Shown one piece after another: positions 49,082 to 62,095 of a stretch of DNA of 64,000 bases. This DNA is from Lingula anatina (lineage: Eukaryota; Animalia; Brachiopoda), in the NCBI GenBank assembly GCA_051362555.1, contig CM120646.1:4154001-4218000 (forward strand). The letters run 5' to 3'. Below the pieces are notes generated by a model. It was not told where the DNA came from and searched no databases. It saw only the letters and a program-made list of their open reading frames with translations. The position numbers were made by a program, and so were the translations under genes. How positions within the stretch are numbered: position 1 is the stretch's first letter; the number at the start of each line of letters is the position of its first letter.

Positions 49082-51567
49082 GTGTGAATCAAAGACTCCC
49101 CCCCTCTCCCCTATACCACAGGTCAGCAAGAAGACAGAACACAGAAATCAGAACAGTGAATATATGCAAGCAGTCCAACGTGAGACCATACCGGGAGATA
49201 CTTCCCCTGTGCCCGTACCGCTCTTGGCTGTAAAAAGGAATATTATTATTATTTTAAATATATAGAGTCCTTAATAAAATATATAATGTTTATTATAATT
49301 AATAGCATGTAACCCATAAAACACCATCTCACATTAAGAGTTCTTTTGAACATGGACCATATTCCAAAAAGTTCATCAAGTTAAAAACTCTCTCGTTCCT
49401 TTTTTTATTCTTTTTTAAATCTAAATTTAGGAAAATATTAACAAAACAAAAATTTGCCAATAAAATCTCTGTACACTTCTGGATCCTTTCATTGTGATGA
49501 AGTGTTGCTACTTGGATTTCCTTAACAACATGCCAAATTAACTTTTGAAAATTTCATGAATGAACGCCAGAGTTCTTGCATTTCTCTGCAGGGTACCTCT
49601 GGTTTAGCTGAGATTTGTGCAGAATCGAAAGTGATGAACTTTGGGAATACCTTCCCACATTTCTCAAAAGACAGACTCCAATGTATGTAGATGCCATGCA
49701 ATTATAAATATCAGTGGTATTACTGATAATGCCCCCTCCCTTCTATTTCAAGCAAGACACCACATATGGAACTAAAAATGTCTACTGATTTCAAATTGTA
49801 ATGTCTTGTTCTCTAAAAAAAAAAAATCATAATCCATGCACTCTTTAGTCTTCACAATACTACGGAACATTGACTCAGTGCTGGACATACGTATAACACA
49901 GTTAAATTAAATTTTGATAACAAAATGTTCACTTAAGTCCAAATTGCTAAAGTTTCACCACTTATGCACTTCAGAGATGCAGTCAATAAAATATACCCCA
50001 CCCCATTGCAAAATGGTTCAAACCATGAGAGGGGGTGGGGGTGAAGACTAAAGACAGGGGTTGGCCACCAATTACCCACCCATGCCGATTAACATGACGT
50101 ATTATTCAAAAGGGGGCAAGCTATACCTATACCCAAATAAAAAGGTCTCATGTTAGTGAAATTCCCCTTGCTTTAAAGATGGGTTACAGGGTATTTCAGC
50201 TACTACATATATTGAGAACTCTGGACTCCAGATCTTTTTATTCAAGTGTTTCAGTGACTTCTCTTCACACAAACTGCCCACTGATCACTGAGCATTTTAT
50301 TTATTTTTTCTGACATACCTGAAACTTGCTACTTACCATATATAGTAAATGACTCAAAATAATTATAAACATTTAAATGTTTGTATATTGGAACTGTAAA
50401 CACCTACTTTTTTCTTTTTTTCTTCATGCAAACATCCACAACAAAACAGCTCCTACATTACTCATGTGCACACACAAGACAAATAAACAAATACAACAGA
50501 CAGAAAACACAAATTCAAACAATTATATGAGAATTATTTTCTCATTTTATCACAATGCTTGAAGAGTTTGAAGGTTAACCAAACACGGGCACGCAAAAGA
50601 TGCCAATAAGCAAGAATCATAGATACAGACATAAACAAGGACATTTTGAGAAAAATATTCAGCAAATTCTGTGCAAGATGAGCTGTTGAAGAAATTAAAC
50701 ATAATCAAGTGTTACAGAAATTTTCATGTCAACAGCAGGTCAAGCTAGCCCATAAAAACAAGCCTTCTCTTTCAAAACAATTCCATACAGAGAGATTATC
50801 ACATCAAATAACATGTTAATTAAAAATCCAGAAAAACTTGTGAAAAATATTATGAAGACTGAAAAATATTTGTTCAGCAAATGCCATTTGACTGCCGTAA
50901 ATACAAGAATTCTAAGGAATATCTGATGTGATCTGCTGCCAGGTCCACAGGGTGAGGTTCTAAGGACAGAGCACCACTCTGTAGGGGTTAATTTGGGCGG
51001 ATAATTCACACATCCTACCAGATGGGCTGTTTCAACTCTGCAGGAATTCTCGCTAAAGTGCAAGAAGTCTTATGAGCTTAATCAACCCACAACATTTATA
51101 ATATTTATAATTACTCCCTTGCTGCCAGATGGGATTGTCAGAAAATTGAGCTGATTCCACTTTAGGGAGAATTCATTGTGGAGTTGGACAGACCCAGCTA
51201 GTACAATGTGTGAATCTGTATGCCGTGATAGTCAACTTGACAGAGAGTATCTATGCCTCCATGAACAGAATCGAGACTGTCGTACTCAAGAATGGGAAAG
51301 ATGACAGTATGAGTTACAATGGGTAATTATTATAGGCAAAATGTGAGAAAAAGAATATAACAACACTGGGTCTTTACTAATAATTGATGAAATGCAAATG
51401 AAAAGGACATAAAAACATACAGTTATGGCTATAATTGAAGAAAAAAATCAGGGAAAAAACAAACAAAGGACATAAAAACAAACAGTCAGACAACCGATTT
51501 CACATACTTTATCAAATCCATCTCACCCTGCTACCTCATGGACTTCATATAATGACTGCTGACCAAG

Positions 51568-51619
<52 letters not shown>

Positions 51620-52083
51620 CTACAATCTATTGTTACTCATTGTGATCAACAGCTAAAATGCATTAAAATACTAAAGCTGCCCACATTTTTTTCTATTATA
51701 AAAAGAGACATTCTAAACCCACAAATACAACCCCATGTAAAAATGTTACAGGGCAATGAAAATACCACTTGTACCATCTTAACTAGTGATAATAATTTTT
51801 TGCTTTGGAACAAAATTTTAACTGCACCAGCATTGTTTCGCTCTTGTCTCAAGAGGATCATTTTTTGTTCCAAGCTAAGTGATTATTATCACCACAATCA
51901 ATGTTAAATATAATTCCATGGAACCATGAATGATCTTATAATAAGATTATTGATACAACTATCTCATATTCATATCATGCACTAACACTAAAGCAAAGCT
52001 AGAAAGCATCTTACTAGTGGAGGCAACTGCTGTGGGGGTTGTCACCGTTGTTGTAGATGTAGTGGTTGTGGTGGTTGTCTTCT
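41667..52083 (-). CDS. Type I transmembrane receptor with mucin-like stalk and two ITIM-like motifs (3' part; ectodomain exons not found in the window)
   Basis: Phase-compatible GT-AG exons 52083-52015, 49227-49192, 44314-44195, 43917-43890, 43713-43590 (or 43535-43493) and 41798-41667 give KTTTTTTTSTTTVTTPTAVAST / KSGTGTGEVSP / QSQLPEWAIAIIVVVCVLVILAVVIAVVIMKRRKGNKEK / LVDNKPPN / YTPEAYNGPYP..QFD / PRSRNVENLVYAELALDD..NSVEYAEIKRV*. Confidence 0.82.
43493..43535 (-). CDS. Receptor alternative cytoplasmic exon B (43 nt, Tyr-free in phase 2)
   Basis: ttgttgtAG acceptor and GAC|GTAAGT donor; phase 2 to 0 reads LSQGTNTKDAFDGD. Confidence 0.6.
43590..43713 (-). CDS. Receptor cytoplasmic exon A (124 nt, Tyr/Pro-rich)
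   Basis: ttctatAG acceptor and GAT|GTAAGT donor; phase 2 to 0 reads YTPEAYNGPYPAPDVLDSSQRYPDYGMDTPPRKPPINDQFD. Confidence 0.78.
43890..43917 (-). CDS. Receptor 28-nt juxtamembrane microexon
   Basis: ttttcttttttcAG acceptor and AA|GTAAGT donor; needed to convert phase 1 (TM exon) to phase 2 (exons A/B). Confidence 0.78.
44195..44314 (-). CDS. Receptor transmembrane exon
   Basis: Hydrophobic helix WAIAIIVVVCVLVILAVVIAVVIM followed by the basic stop-transfer KRRK; 120 nt, phase 1-1. Confidence 0.88.
44359..44582. mobile_element. Palindromic MITE next to the TM exon
   Basis: AACTATTGTTCCAGGTAGATTGATCCAACT..ATGCAATTAGATTAACAGATTAA versus TTAATCTGCTAATCTAATTGCAT..AGTTGGATCAATCTGCCTAGAACAACAGTT. 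Confidence 0.75.
48480..48671. mobile_element. hAT-like MITE CAGGGATGAGA...TCTCATCCCTG
   Basis: 11-bp perfect TIR with TGTTAA on both flanks; relatives near 1285 and 61918-62049. Confidence 0.7.
49192..49227 (-). CDS. Receptor 36-nt stalk microexon (KSGTGTGEVSP)
   Basis: cctttttacAG acceptor and G|GTATGG donor; symmetric phase 1-1. Confidence 0.65.
51005..51215. mobile_element. Degenerate palindromic MITE
   Basis: ATTCACACAT..CAACTC..GAATTCTC.CTAAAGTG versus CACTTTAG.GAGAATTC..GAGTTG..ATGTGTGAAT. Confidence 0.6.
52015..52083 (-). CDS. Receptor Thr-rich mucin-like stalk exon
   Basis: ttttttgctttcAG acceptor and A|GTAAGA donor; 69 nt, phase 1-1; KTTTTTTTSTTTVTTPTAVAST. Confidence 0.78.
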
Positions 52084-52560
52084 CTGAAAGCAAAAAAATA
52101 TGGCAATTGGTAATTAAATCCAATCTAAATACACTACAGAATGATAATATGAAATGTCAATTTCTCAATACTGCGGATGCATATAAAATATGATAACATA
52201 ATGGCAGTTAGTTCTACTTGTGTCGTGTTTCAATTATAAATCAATGAACAATTATTCATAATATAAATACTAATTTAATTTACTAAACAAGATGCAATTA
52301 AAGAAGAGCTGGTAAGAGCCAAACCATCAGTTTTGACACTTGGTGGGCCCCACTATATGATGCACTGCTTAAGTCCAGCAATAAAATAGCATGCATATTA
52401 AATTAAATTAAAGATAATTAATTTGCTTCATAAAATTGAATTAAAATGTGCATCATGCTATTAAGTAGAGGTGCTTAATCTGAACCTGATCAACAAGAAA
52501 TGTACAATAAACACAGACTTGGCATATCTGGGAATGCTGAAATAAGCAAATGACAGTGGG

Positions 52561-52595
<35 letters not shown>

Positions 52596-53289
52596 TTTTA
52601 TCCTGATATAAAATTATTTCCTCACTTAAACCAAATAACAGGCTTGTTAAGAATTGCTTTGTCTTGTTTGGCCTGTCTTTTGAAACTTGCCTAATCCTCA
52701 GCTAGCCCCCCCCCCCCCCCCCCCCCCTTGATCCAATATTATGATTAGAGGCCATTACATATAATAGCACAATAGTTTTCACTGAAGCGGGCCGCTCCCT
52801 CTATTGGGGTTCCCTTCAGGGCAGTTCACGCAGGTTACTCCTCAGGTATGTGTACCTTTGATGCTCAGGTAACATATTCCATACACAATATATAATATAC
52901 ATACAATACAAAGAGTCAAGCCAGGAACCTGCTAGCTGCTTCTGATGCCTTCATATAAGTGTTATTTGTAAATGTGATGTTTATTTGTTCACTAAACTAA
53001 AATCTAAAATTTGACAAACACAAGACAGGAGAATGATAGGAGATTTCTATTGCCACCCAGTTCATATGCCTCTCATCTAGGCCCTCTCCTCTTGGCCACA
53101 TTACTGAGATTGCTGAGAACACATTTCACACCTGACACAGTGTACCCTGCCATAATCCAAGGAATACACAGTCTGGGTTTCCAAGAGTGAGGGCAATAGT
53201 GTTCTCCAACACTACATTATATTGATGATTAAAGAGAAAATTCAAAAGAAACTTCACATGTTCATCCACCTGTGAGGCATGGCAATTTA

Positions 53290-54388
53290 GGCCACACTTT
53301 ATTTTTATGGATGACATCCTCTGGGGACCCTAAAGTCGGTGCGAGCGGGTGAAAAAAAAAAAAAACAGTCCAAAAAAAAAAAAAAAACTGCTTAAGAAAA
53401 GTTATGTTTTCAGTACACAGCTGGAAACACTAATTTACCACAGAAACACGTATCAAACTAACAACATGTCTTTATCCATGCTCTCAAAATATTAAAGCAT
53501 TGTGAATAGGGCCTACTTCGTAGAAAGGTAAAAAGTCATGAATATATATGCTGCATATTACCAAATCTATTTAAGGTTATTTCATGCATTCTGTTGGTAT
53601 AGAAACCAATAAAACAAATATCAAATAAATAACGTGTCTTTATTTGTACTCTCAGAAAATTAAAGCATTGTAAACACTTCACAGAATTGTTAAAAAAATT
53701 AAGCAAAGATAGGCCTATGCTTCCTACTACTAAGGTAATTTCGGTCGATGCCATTTTGTCTACTTCGACTCACACGCTAGCAGCCAACTATCGGGTGGCC
53801 TGTCCGACCTTCAGTCCACCAAATACCTTGACGCTCTTGTCGACCCTTTTTTCGCTCCAAAAAGAAACTGGTATGTGCTGCTTTGGACAGAATGTCACTG
53901 AAATTTTCCGGGCGATGATTGCTGGCCGCGGCCAGCCTTTCGTAAAATTGTAAAAGGGTGATATCTCCATGTCCAATATCAATGGCAAACCAATCCAAAA
54001 CGACGGCCCCCGTTCTCTTTATGACTTTAATTGTCGTGTATTTTGAAATTAATGCTAGAGATGAAGTTGACGGCAAAACGGCCATATTTCCATGTGGTGA
54101 TAATACGCATGCGCAGAAAGCTCATTTTCCACACTCGGAACTACTCGGATGTCTCCGCAGTAGACAATGACAGTATGGAGCTTGCGGAATTAGCAGAGAA
54201 TTGCCGATTGCATTTTCCGGCAAATTCAATAACGATGTTTGCGACAACGGACTTCCTTTGGGGGGGGGGGGGGGGGGGGGGGGGCGGCGGTTTGGGGGGG
54301 GGATTTTTTTTTTTTTTTTTTTTTTTGAGAACGGACGAAAATCGGTGCGCGCGCAGGACGTCATCCATAAAATTAAAAAAGTGTGGCC
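53290..54388. mobile_element. Non-autonomous PIF/Harbinger-like DNA transposon of about 1.1 kb with TTA target-site duplication
   Basis: TIRs GGCCACACTTTT..TTTTATGGATGAC(A/G)TCCT at both ends; TTA at 53287-53289 and 54389-54391; CpG-rich interior with no convincing ORF. Confidence 0.8.
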
Positions 54389-55245
54389 TTATAACAATTC
54401 ACCAAAGGTAAAAATACATAATTTAGTTAAGAGACAATTTTTTAGCATCACCACAAGAGACCATAAAAATCTATTTCACAATGTTACATTTACTTCCCAT
54501 ATCCATTATTACTGGTTACACTACTGTTAGACCAGCCATTGGCATCAAATGACTCATTTCAGTCTGTACACCAGTGTATTATTAACTAGAAGAAATAACC
54601 TGTTCAGTTAGCTTTCTACAACATCTCAGCTGTGCATTTTTATAAGTTTTGAGCAACAACAGCCCAAAGGCTACAAAATGATCAACACAAACAATTCCAT
54701 TTGAGTCGGTAAAATGTCAGTTTACCATGATGGATAGGGATAAATATCCAAGGGCATACCGCAGCACCTGATAGGTGATATTTTTCATATTTTGTCCTAC
54801 AGAATTGTGGGTTAAAATATGAAATATATATCATTAAAAAATTTCAATCTGCAATATCTATTGTATACTTCAACACCATAACCATCTATGACAAGTATCC
54901 TTACTTTATAAACAAAATCTATGGCAGACCTTTAATGTTTGCCTTAAAAGCTCGACAAAGTAATTTTCATATACTTAAACATAAATCCACAAGTGCATAC
55001 CTTGCACAGGTAAAAACTGGAGGTCAGGGGTTATCACAACAAGCAATGAGCTGTAAAAACGCACCCCCCTTGGGCAGCTTATCTCAGACCACATCACACT
55101 TTGATGGTCATTCAATGGAAGTGACCCAAAGTGACCAGAAGCGACCCATACTGACCAACAAGACATTACATAATAATTCACATATTCACAGATTCACCTT
55201 GGTTGTAAGTGGACTTACATTTTGGCCTCAAAGCTAAGACTGATA

Positions 55246-55430
55246 GCGCCTTCAGAACAGCGAACTAACAGATCTGCAGTTCAAATATGGCCGATTCACT
55301 TGACTGATTGCTGTGAAATCCCTGTGGGGGAATCTATTCAGTGTCTAATTAGGAATTAAACCACAAGCTTTTTAGTGGGTTGTCACATTTGATCAGCAGA
55401 TCTGTTAGTCCCCTGTTCTGAATTTGCGCT
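55246..55430. mobile_element. Palindromic MITE (ACTAACAGATCTGC family)
   Basis: GCGC..TTCAGAACAG..ACTAACAGATCTGC versus GCAGATCTGTTAGT..CTGTTCTGAA..GCGC. Confidence 0.7.
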
Positions 55431-55794
55431 CTAATTTTCAGACTTAAGTTTTATAGTCTAATCAGGTCCCCCTGAGATTGGGTGTCTGCCCCCCCCCCCC
55501 CCCCACCCCACTCCTCCTTCCTCCATCCTCCATGTACTACCAGGAGATAATATAATAACTCTGATAGCTGAGTAATTAAACCACAATGTTTTCATTACAC
55601 CATCTGCCACTGTTCTCTGCCCGGTGGCTAGACGAGATATCTTTCAGCACAACTGTTTCCCTCTCCTGTGGTGAAGATGTACCCTGTCATGTCTTGCTGA
55701 TGGGGCTTCACCTGTCTCTCAACACCAGGAGAGCAAACTACACATCTGTTACGTAATCACTGACAGATGATACACACAAGGGGAGTGAGGAGGG

Positions 55795-55830
<36 letters not shown>

Positions 55831-57610
55831 CAGAAAGAGAAAGAGAGAGTGAGAGCACTGGATAGAACCAACTGATATGTTTTTCCACATAAATCCATAG
55901 GAGTGATTTCTCCTTTGTAGACATGATCTCATATTTTCACTTCTCCTTAATTTCTGCATGGCATCAAATTATAAATTTCTGCATTATCTTGTATTAATTA
56001 TATATATTAATATAATTAATAGTATATTAATACCAACACATTTATTTTACAACCTGGAGTATCAGATGCACAATAAAAGTGTATGATAAAAGCAGTCTTC
56101 AAGTGAATTATCATTCAACAATCATTCCCATGCTGAAACCACTAACATCCAATGACACACTCTCCCATCATATTTTCTGTTAATTACTGTCATCAAGATA
56201 AAGTATAAGATTAAGAGTTTAAGACCTGGTATTAAGCTATAATATGGGGGAATTCTTTTTGGTCATTAATGGCTACTTAGTTATAGTGAATTATACCTTT
56301 GCTTGGTCAAAGTCATAAAAATGTATGCACTTATACAGAAATGAAATGAGCAATTTGTAGGAAAAGAAAGAGAAAAAACAGGCTGTACACTGTCATACAG
56401 GATAAGTAAGGCACCTTCTTCATTATTCCTTTAAAGCTCATTAATCTGATCACCAAGTAAAAGACCCTATCTGCATAACACAGGGTCATCATCAGGCCAT
56501 CACAGGTAATTTATGGCAAATGATTCTGCTCAGTGATATTGTGAATTTTGGGGGGCTTGGCCTTTTTGCACTAGTACTAGAGAGATTGTGGTCAACGTAT
56601 TCAGCAACATGATATCAAGAACACACGCACATGCACACACAAGATCATGTGCACGTGCACACACACATTCTCTCCTTTGAACCATTTGCCTGAAGGCTCA
56701 TCAGAGGTGAAAGTTTTCATAGGAATCTTCCAGAGGGTCCCGAATACCTCGAACATTTCCCTGGATAGATACAAGGCCAGGGAATACCTCAGATGCTTTA
56801 TTTGATAAGTACAGGGTTTGCATTCATTACTGGCATACAACAGTCTAAAACACCTGGACATTTTACATTTAGATACCACACTATAATGACAAGGTTCAAT
56901 GGTGAAAATATATCATGGTACATTGGGTTTACAGAAAAAAATAGGCTTGATTCAAAAATGACGCACGGGGAATAAATTGATATCTCTATTTGTTATTCAA
57001 GGGCAGTATAAGATGTTTCAAGGCATTACAGAAGAAAGAAAATATAGCTTAGGCTTTATTGTGTACTTGATAAAAAAGTCCACATTCCATCACATGCCCA
57101 CAGGCATCTCCTGACTGGGGCATCCTGGTTGCCTTGGCAACAACAGGGTGACCAATCAGGTGACACTAAATGTGACATCCAGGGTCCTAGACCTGTACAC
57201 AGAATAGACAGACGCTCAGAAACTAGAGCAGGTGCTGCCATTTTTTTTTTCAAGTTCTCCATTTTTTAAGTTTTTTAATTATTCATTTATTTCATTGGTT
57301 TGTTTATCAATTTTATCAACTGATTGATTGTAAACTTCAACATGCTGTGAAGCTGTAAAATTTTTCTGCTTTTTGTGCTGCACATAGTGGAGCCACTGAG
57401 TCAGTTTGTCTATACTCTAGGTTGAAATCCCCCCCCCCCCCCCCCCCCCCCCCGACTGACATTATCAGACTGTCCTTGGACATCTGTTGAAAATTTTCAG
57501 TACAAGATAACCAGCTGTCACAGACATATCTGACCTACAGCTATCCTACAGCAGTACTTACACCCAAGACTATGCTGCAGCTAATTATCAGTGACTGATC
57601 TATGGGTGCT

Positions 57611-57823
57611 TTCCCAGAGATTTAGATCGATCTAGAGATTAAGATTTAGATCGACCTAACTCCCTGGGGGTTCACGCTAAATTGCAGTCAGCAGAGCGGG
57701 CACCATAGTTAATTACCCCCTTACAGCTTTTAGTAGGCGGGACAGACACTTAAGCCGGCCAAGCTGACAGTAATCAAGTGAGACTCCCCACAGGGATAGA
57801 TCGATCTAAAAATCTATGGAAAT
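57611..57823. mobile_element. Palindromic MITE, family A (copy 2)
   Basis: TAGATCGA..CTAACTCCCTGGGG..TAATTACCCCCT.ACAGCT..TTAAGCCGG..GACTCCCCA..ATAGATCGATC, shared with 16090-16324. Confidence 0.75.
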
Positions 57824-60800
57824 GGGGTGTATGTGTGAGGAGTGTGTTGAGGGATATCATCAGAGCCAGAGGCAAATATCTACCTATATTTCAATTTTCT
57901 ACAAGCTCAATCTGCTAAATTGTTTGTAAATGAGAATATCCACCTTCGAATTTAAAAGAGAAAATTGGCTAATCAGGTTAGGCTACATTGATTTCTCACT
58001 AAAAGTGTTACAGAAAAATGTGGTAGAAAAAAAAAAGTTACAAAAAATACACACACACAGAGTCCTGAATTGAAATAAATTATGTATCAACATGCACAAC
58101 AGCATCAGACCATTAAAACGAATAATGTCAAGGCTAAAGTACAAATAAAGCAGGCTTCACAGCCCATTGAGTCCTTTGCTGTGTTTCTATTGTATTCCGT
58201 CCAAGAATAACATCACACAAAAACAATGTATTTACAATAAGACAGGCAATCATTAACCCTATGCCAAACATGACAGCACCCTTCCTTGTATACAAAGGGG
58301 TATTGAGATGGCAGGGAGAGAGGGGGGGAGGGGGCAGGTTAACCTTCTTTTTCATCACAGGACAGGCCTAACTCTCATATTATGTTTTATTACAAGATAT
58401 TAGATTACTAGTACTGAAATGTTGTTCCTAAAGAAAATGTCTATCCAGTGTACAGTCTGTATCACAGAGGGGTGGGAAGGAAAGTGGACCAGAAATCAAT
58501 ACACTCCATAAATATAACAGAACACAGGTAAATATATATATATATATATATGATGAAGCCACTGGCAATTATTTTAAACCATCAAGATCACCTTATGAAG
58601 GACAAAAAGTAATATATATGGAATACTTCATAAAGGTGACTCATCCACTTATGGCAAACTGAGTAAAACTAGGAAACAAAGGGAACAATAGAATCCAAAT
58701 ACTCTTTTTTTTTGTCACAAGTTCTTTTCATTATTCAGCTCCCTTAATGTAGCCTCTAGAGGACTGTTACTTTGCAGTCTTATACCTGATAATTTACCTG
58801 CATATTAGTATGATTTACTTTAATCTGTGACCATTATCTATTCATATCTTTTTGTTAATGTCACGTCTCCATCTAAACGTGCATATTTGCCTCCATAGCA
58901 GCATGCTAACTGTTCGATGTTGAATTTTTCACCAGCACACCCCACATAAAAAATGAGAAACAGGTTTATTGCATCATCTTTTCAGTGTATGTGAGATAAC
59001 TATTTTTATTTGAAGTACTGGATACAAATTTGCATAGGAGGAAGAAGTGTATTGGGGGGGGGGGGGCTTCTAACTGTTAATGTCAGGAAGTATTTAATCC
59101 ATCCAAAAATTTCATCTCATCTTCAGATATTAAATTACATATCTTATCATATATTATTGGCACAGAATACCAGTCAATTTAACTGGGTTAATTTAACAGA
59201 TAATTTAAATACATTATGAAACCAAGTTAATTGAATGTGTTATATTAATGGATACTGAAACCAGGTTAATTAAACAGATAATATTAATATATACTGAAAT
59301 ATCATGTAAATCTAAAACAGATAATTTCAATACATTCTGAAACAAGGAAATTAATCAACCACAATAAAGATGGAGAGGCAGTGGACATGAACTTTTTTTA
59401 TTTGTTGGGAAAGTTGACCTTCATAGGACAGCGATTAGGCCTTAACCGCGGTCAAAACTGCCAGTGAGAATGGCCCTTATATATAGGTAACCTGACAATA
59501 AACTTCACCGGTCTTCTTTTATCTGAGATGGACAATTTCAGAAAGGCTAACTGCTAACCACTACTCACCACAGACTTCATCAGATTAAATACAAAATTTC
59601 TACAAGATATCTTTTCTATCTTTTATTTTCATCCAGGCTCAAGTATATAAAGAACACAGATGCAACGGCTTGGCTTCAGATATACATCAGTAAAAATTGC
59701 AATGACCTCTTTTTTTTTCTTACTTTCAGGCGTTTTTTTTTAGGGATCCCTATCTGTAATATATGAAAATATCCCAGAAGTTGCTGTGTTTTATAAGATA
59801 TTTTCCTTTCAGACCAGGAGCTGGGGAATGAACAAACAAAACATGTACTTACAATATCGTGTTGTGAGAAAAAACATATATATTGATATTAGCACCATTA
59901 GATTTCCTTACTGGATACTTTGTATGCTCGGAGAAGAATATTGAGAAACATCAGCCTACAGTTTAGCTACAAGAGGCAACAATACAAAGACATGGATAAG
60001 GACTAAACTCACACAAAGTCATATATTATAATTTCTATACCTCACAAGTACTCAAAGAAGTTCAAAGATTAACTAATAATACTTGGAACTAGAGGATCAG
60101 AGAGGCAATGCATGATAAACTAATAGTACTTGGAGGAAAAGGACAAGGAAAATTTGTTCATTTGTTTTCACTGCAAAAGAGTAACATACAGTTAAATGTG
60201 TATGTCTGTCTCAGATCTCTCTCTCTTTCTCTCTCTCTCTCTCACACACACACACAGAAATTCACCTGAACAAGCAGATAAAACATAGACTGACACTACA
60301 AAAGAAAAACTCTACTATTTCTATATTGGTGGTCCTGGTGATCCAAAACTTATTTCTTTGGTCTAAATTAAACATCCGATTCAATCAGCAATGAGCATTT
60401 CACCTAATAGCTGCAGTTTCCCTGTCCACATTAATATACAAGTATAATATCATCCCTCTGTGACCCCTAATTCCCTCCTCTCACCAATTTCACTGTGAAC
60501 TTTTTCATTAACTTTCATTTCACCACAAGGAAAACAAATTCAATGCAACTGCTGAAATTACCTCCATCAGCAGCTATTAATTTTGCAAAAATGTTGAAAA
60601 TTAAAAACATGAACAAAGTAGTTGTAAATCCACACATTCCCCTTTATTCAATCTAAATTCAATTTAAATGGTGACCAAAGCCATAAAGGGGAGGGGGGGG
60701 TTGCTCTCTCCCAAAATCTCAGCTTTCATCATGACCTCATAACACTTACAGAATCATATTAAATACTTGCATATCAAGGACATGGAAACAAAACCATTGA

Positions 60801-61127
60801 GAGCTGGACCCTTCCTATTTGGACATCCACTCTGCATAGAACGAAGGAAACCTTAAAGTGTTTTATGATGACAATCTGATGCTAGGGAACCTGTGACATT
60901 TATGAGGCAAATACTTAGACTTCTCTTCATAGGGGCACTGTACTACACACAGAGTTATACATGTTCTAGGGAGCCATTGCCCTTCTTGGTGCCCAGAAGC
61001 ACTGCATTGGCTCTCACTGCCTACCATCCTTATGCAGGGCTGTTTCATGAGGACCAGGGCCCTGACCATGGATAACGGTTTAAAGTGGGCAGTGTTAGTC
61101 AGGGCAAGGGTATGCCAGGCTACCTCA

Positions 61128-62095
61128 ACACCTGCTCTATATGCTAAATCCCAGGACTTGGTTTTACCTGAAATCTTAATATACCGTTATTAGATCTTAG
61201 CTTTTACCTTCCTCTAGTTTTATTTTTTAAGGAAGACACCAATCATCATTTCACAGATATTAGGATATTACAAACAAGCAATCAACGTAAATTCATAGCT
61301 TAAATTTACAATGTCATATTTATGACCTTGTATCATAACACCTGCTGTACATGTTAAACCCAGGAGTTTGTTCTACCTTCCTCTAGTTTTATTTTTAAGG
61401 AAGACATCAATCCTCATTTTGCAGAGATTGGGATATGATGAAGAAGCAATCAACGTAAATTCATTGCTTAAATTTACACTGTCATATTTATGACTTTGTA
61501 TCATATCGCCTACTCTACATGTTAAACCCAGGAGTTGGTTCTACCTTCCTCTTGTTATTATTTACGGAAGACACAATTTCTCTTTTCACAGAAATTAGGA
61601 TATTATAATCAATGTAAAATCATTGCTAAATTTACACTGTCATATTTATGACCTCGTATCATATCACCTGCTCTACATGTTTAACCCAGGACTTTGTTCT
61701 TCCTTCCTCTTGTTATTTTTTAAGGAAGACACCATTCCTCATTTCACAGAAATTAGGATATTACAATCAATGTAAATTTATTGCAAAAATTTACACTGTC
61801 ATATTTATGACCTCGTATCATAACACCTACTCTACATGTTAAACCCAGGACTTTGTTCTACCTTCCTCTTGTTATTATTTAAGGAAGATACCAATTCTCT
61901 TTTCACAGAAATTAGCTACGATGAGAATTTTTGCCTCCTGAAAAGTCGGAAATCAGCAGATAGTGGGAAAAATCTCATTACTGCTGTAACCACCAATACC
62001 ACCCAAAGAGTTGGAAATCCGCCATGGTCGGAAAAAAATCTCATCCCTGGATTAGGATGTAACAAACAAGCAATCAACATATTATATCACCTGTG
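61128..62095. repeat. Tandem array of about 160-bp units (about 5 copies), interrupted near its end by a MITE
   Basis: CCT(G/A)CT(C/G)TACATGTTAAACCCAGGA..CCTTCCTCT..GGAAGA..AAATTTACACTGTCATATTTATGAC units start near 61128, 61338, 61505, 61664 and 61822. Confidence 0.85.

Noticed and set aside
54031-54530. Poly-Gly/Pro/Lys/Phe ORFs
   Set aside because: Produced by G and T homopolymer runs inside a non-autonomous transposon.
55600-57240. GC-richer patches (55600-55735, 56660-56800, 57080-57240) as receptor ectodomain exons
   Set aside because: I found no acceptor/donor pair giving an open phase-compatible frame and no Ig, lectin or other domain signature.
60863-61075. Short ORFs on both strands, one with a hydrophobic start
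   Set aside because: No splice context, domain signature or recognisable homology.
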